Made by a program: the position numbers and the translations under genes. Shown in pieces: positions 62,862-64,000 of a stretch of 64,000 nucleotides of DNA. Under the pieces are notes generated by a model. That model saw nothing but the letters and a program-made list of their open reading frames with translations. It had not been told where the DNA came from and made no database searches. This DNA comes from Paraspadella gotoi (lineage: Eukaryota; Animalia; Chaetognatha), in NCBI GenBank assembly GCA_051294375.1, contig CM119265.1:23026099-23090098 (forward strand), in the 5' to 3' direction. Each line of letters opens with the position of its first letter. Position 1 is the first letter of the stretch.

Positions 62862-63155
62862 TCAATCTTTCTCCCTCTTCCTACTTTCCAATCTCTTCCA
62901 CATTTCTGCTTCCCTCGATTGCTTGGCTCGTTTGCTTCCAACTTCCATGAAATATGGAAGAGAATAAGTGATCCCCTCTCTCCGAAAAAGTGCAGAGACT
63001 AGAATCTTTAAAAACGAGACTGTTCCGTTACAAAAGCCAAAAACCATTAGCGAATATATTGTAACGAGGTTTAAAAACTTCAAAACGAGGCCGTAATAAG
63101 GACGAAACAAAAAGACAGCGCTGAAGATATACTCGTGAGGCTTCTCTGCCGCCAC
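62862..63155 (-). CDS. Terminal exon of a probable membrane protein (VAAEKPHEYIFSAVFLFRPYYGLVLKF...)
   Basis: 97 open non-repetitive codons after a GCAG acceptor, with hydrophobic segments and a basic tail. An upstream exon with a GTGAGA donor lies at about 63376-63440. Confidence 0.55.
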   Translation of the reverse strand: MAAEKPHEYIFSAVFLFRPYYGLVLKFLNLVTIYSLMVFGFCNGTVSFLKILVSALFRREGITYSLPYFMEVGSKRAKQSREAEMWKRLESRKREKD

Positions 63156-63221
63156 CTGCGGCCGCCGCCCCTTGGGAAGGGTTCTTAACTATGCCGAAGT
63201 TACTAATATAGTTGACTCTCG

Positions 63222-63288
<67 letters not shown>

Positions 63289-63294
63289 CTCACT

Positions 63295-63346
<52 letters not shown>

Positions 63347-64000
63347 TCTCTCTCTCTCTCTCTGTCACTCTCACCGAAATTGTTTCGATAGACTTCGTTG
63401 TTGGTCGGTGACAAGAAAGACTTGTTTTTCGTATTCGCCTGGAATACAAACGAGAGATAAGTAAGTACGATTGACAAGATAGACTTTATTAGAATGGCTC
63501 GATTTTCCAAGAGCGCCCCGTTTCTGTTCCTCAGCCATGAAATTAATTATAATTCAAATATTTTTAAAAACCCTCATCCATAAACAATTCTTTAATATAT
63601 TGTATATATATATATAACTCTTTTATACCCTTAAACCTAACGCTTAACCTGATCTTTTGAGGTTAAAAACTTACTTATTTCTGAATTTAAGCTGAAATTG
63701 AGAACGTTCGAAAAATAAAAGTACACGGGAAAAACCGATATATATTAAGCCAAAAGAAATAAAACGATATTTTTATAAAGATTTTTTATCCAAGTTGTTT
63801 TTGTAAAGATAAACGTAAGTTTCGATTTTCCCCTCGAAAGCTTTCTCTTTCTCGATAAGGCTCAGGACGAGGCAATTGGTAAGTCTAAAGGGTGAAACGG
63901 AGAGGAAATCCCGTCTGGTAAGTTCGATGCTCAGCGGGCGTGATGGCGTCAGAGGCGTCAGCCGCGAACGCGAGTGGGCGAAGAAGCGTTAAGGACCTCG

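Overview
Eukaryotic nuclear DNA. It is probably from an invertebrate animal, inferred from the tRNA-Ser sequence type, GT-AG introns and ETS/YY1/CRE/CCAAT-type motifs. It is not a prokaryotic window, and most ORF-track entries are microsatellite or N-run artefacts. The assembly is a gapped draft: five exactly 25-N gaps, indel-rich stretches that look like unpolished long reads, and direct or inverted duplications abutting those gaps. The firm calls are two tRNA-Ser(AGA) genes (17527-17608, 35030-35111), several micro/minisatellites and scattered host exons. Two microsatellite-free blocks (about 7.6-15.8 kb and 18.9-30.3 kb) look like mobile-element or cargo DNA. The first holds a Helitron-like N-terminal coding region on the minus strand, which ends near twin hairpins and an array of about 22 CRE+ETS 21-mers. 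The second holds a frameshifted DEDDy 3'-5' exonuclease domain, zinc ribbons and a degenerate Helitron-type Pif1 helicase (NKSQGQSL). The least explained feature is a roughly 350-nt multi-helix candidate structured RNA at about 4915-5260. All protein calls were made by eye across frameshifts and need profile searches.
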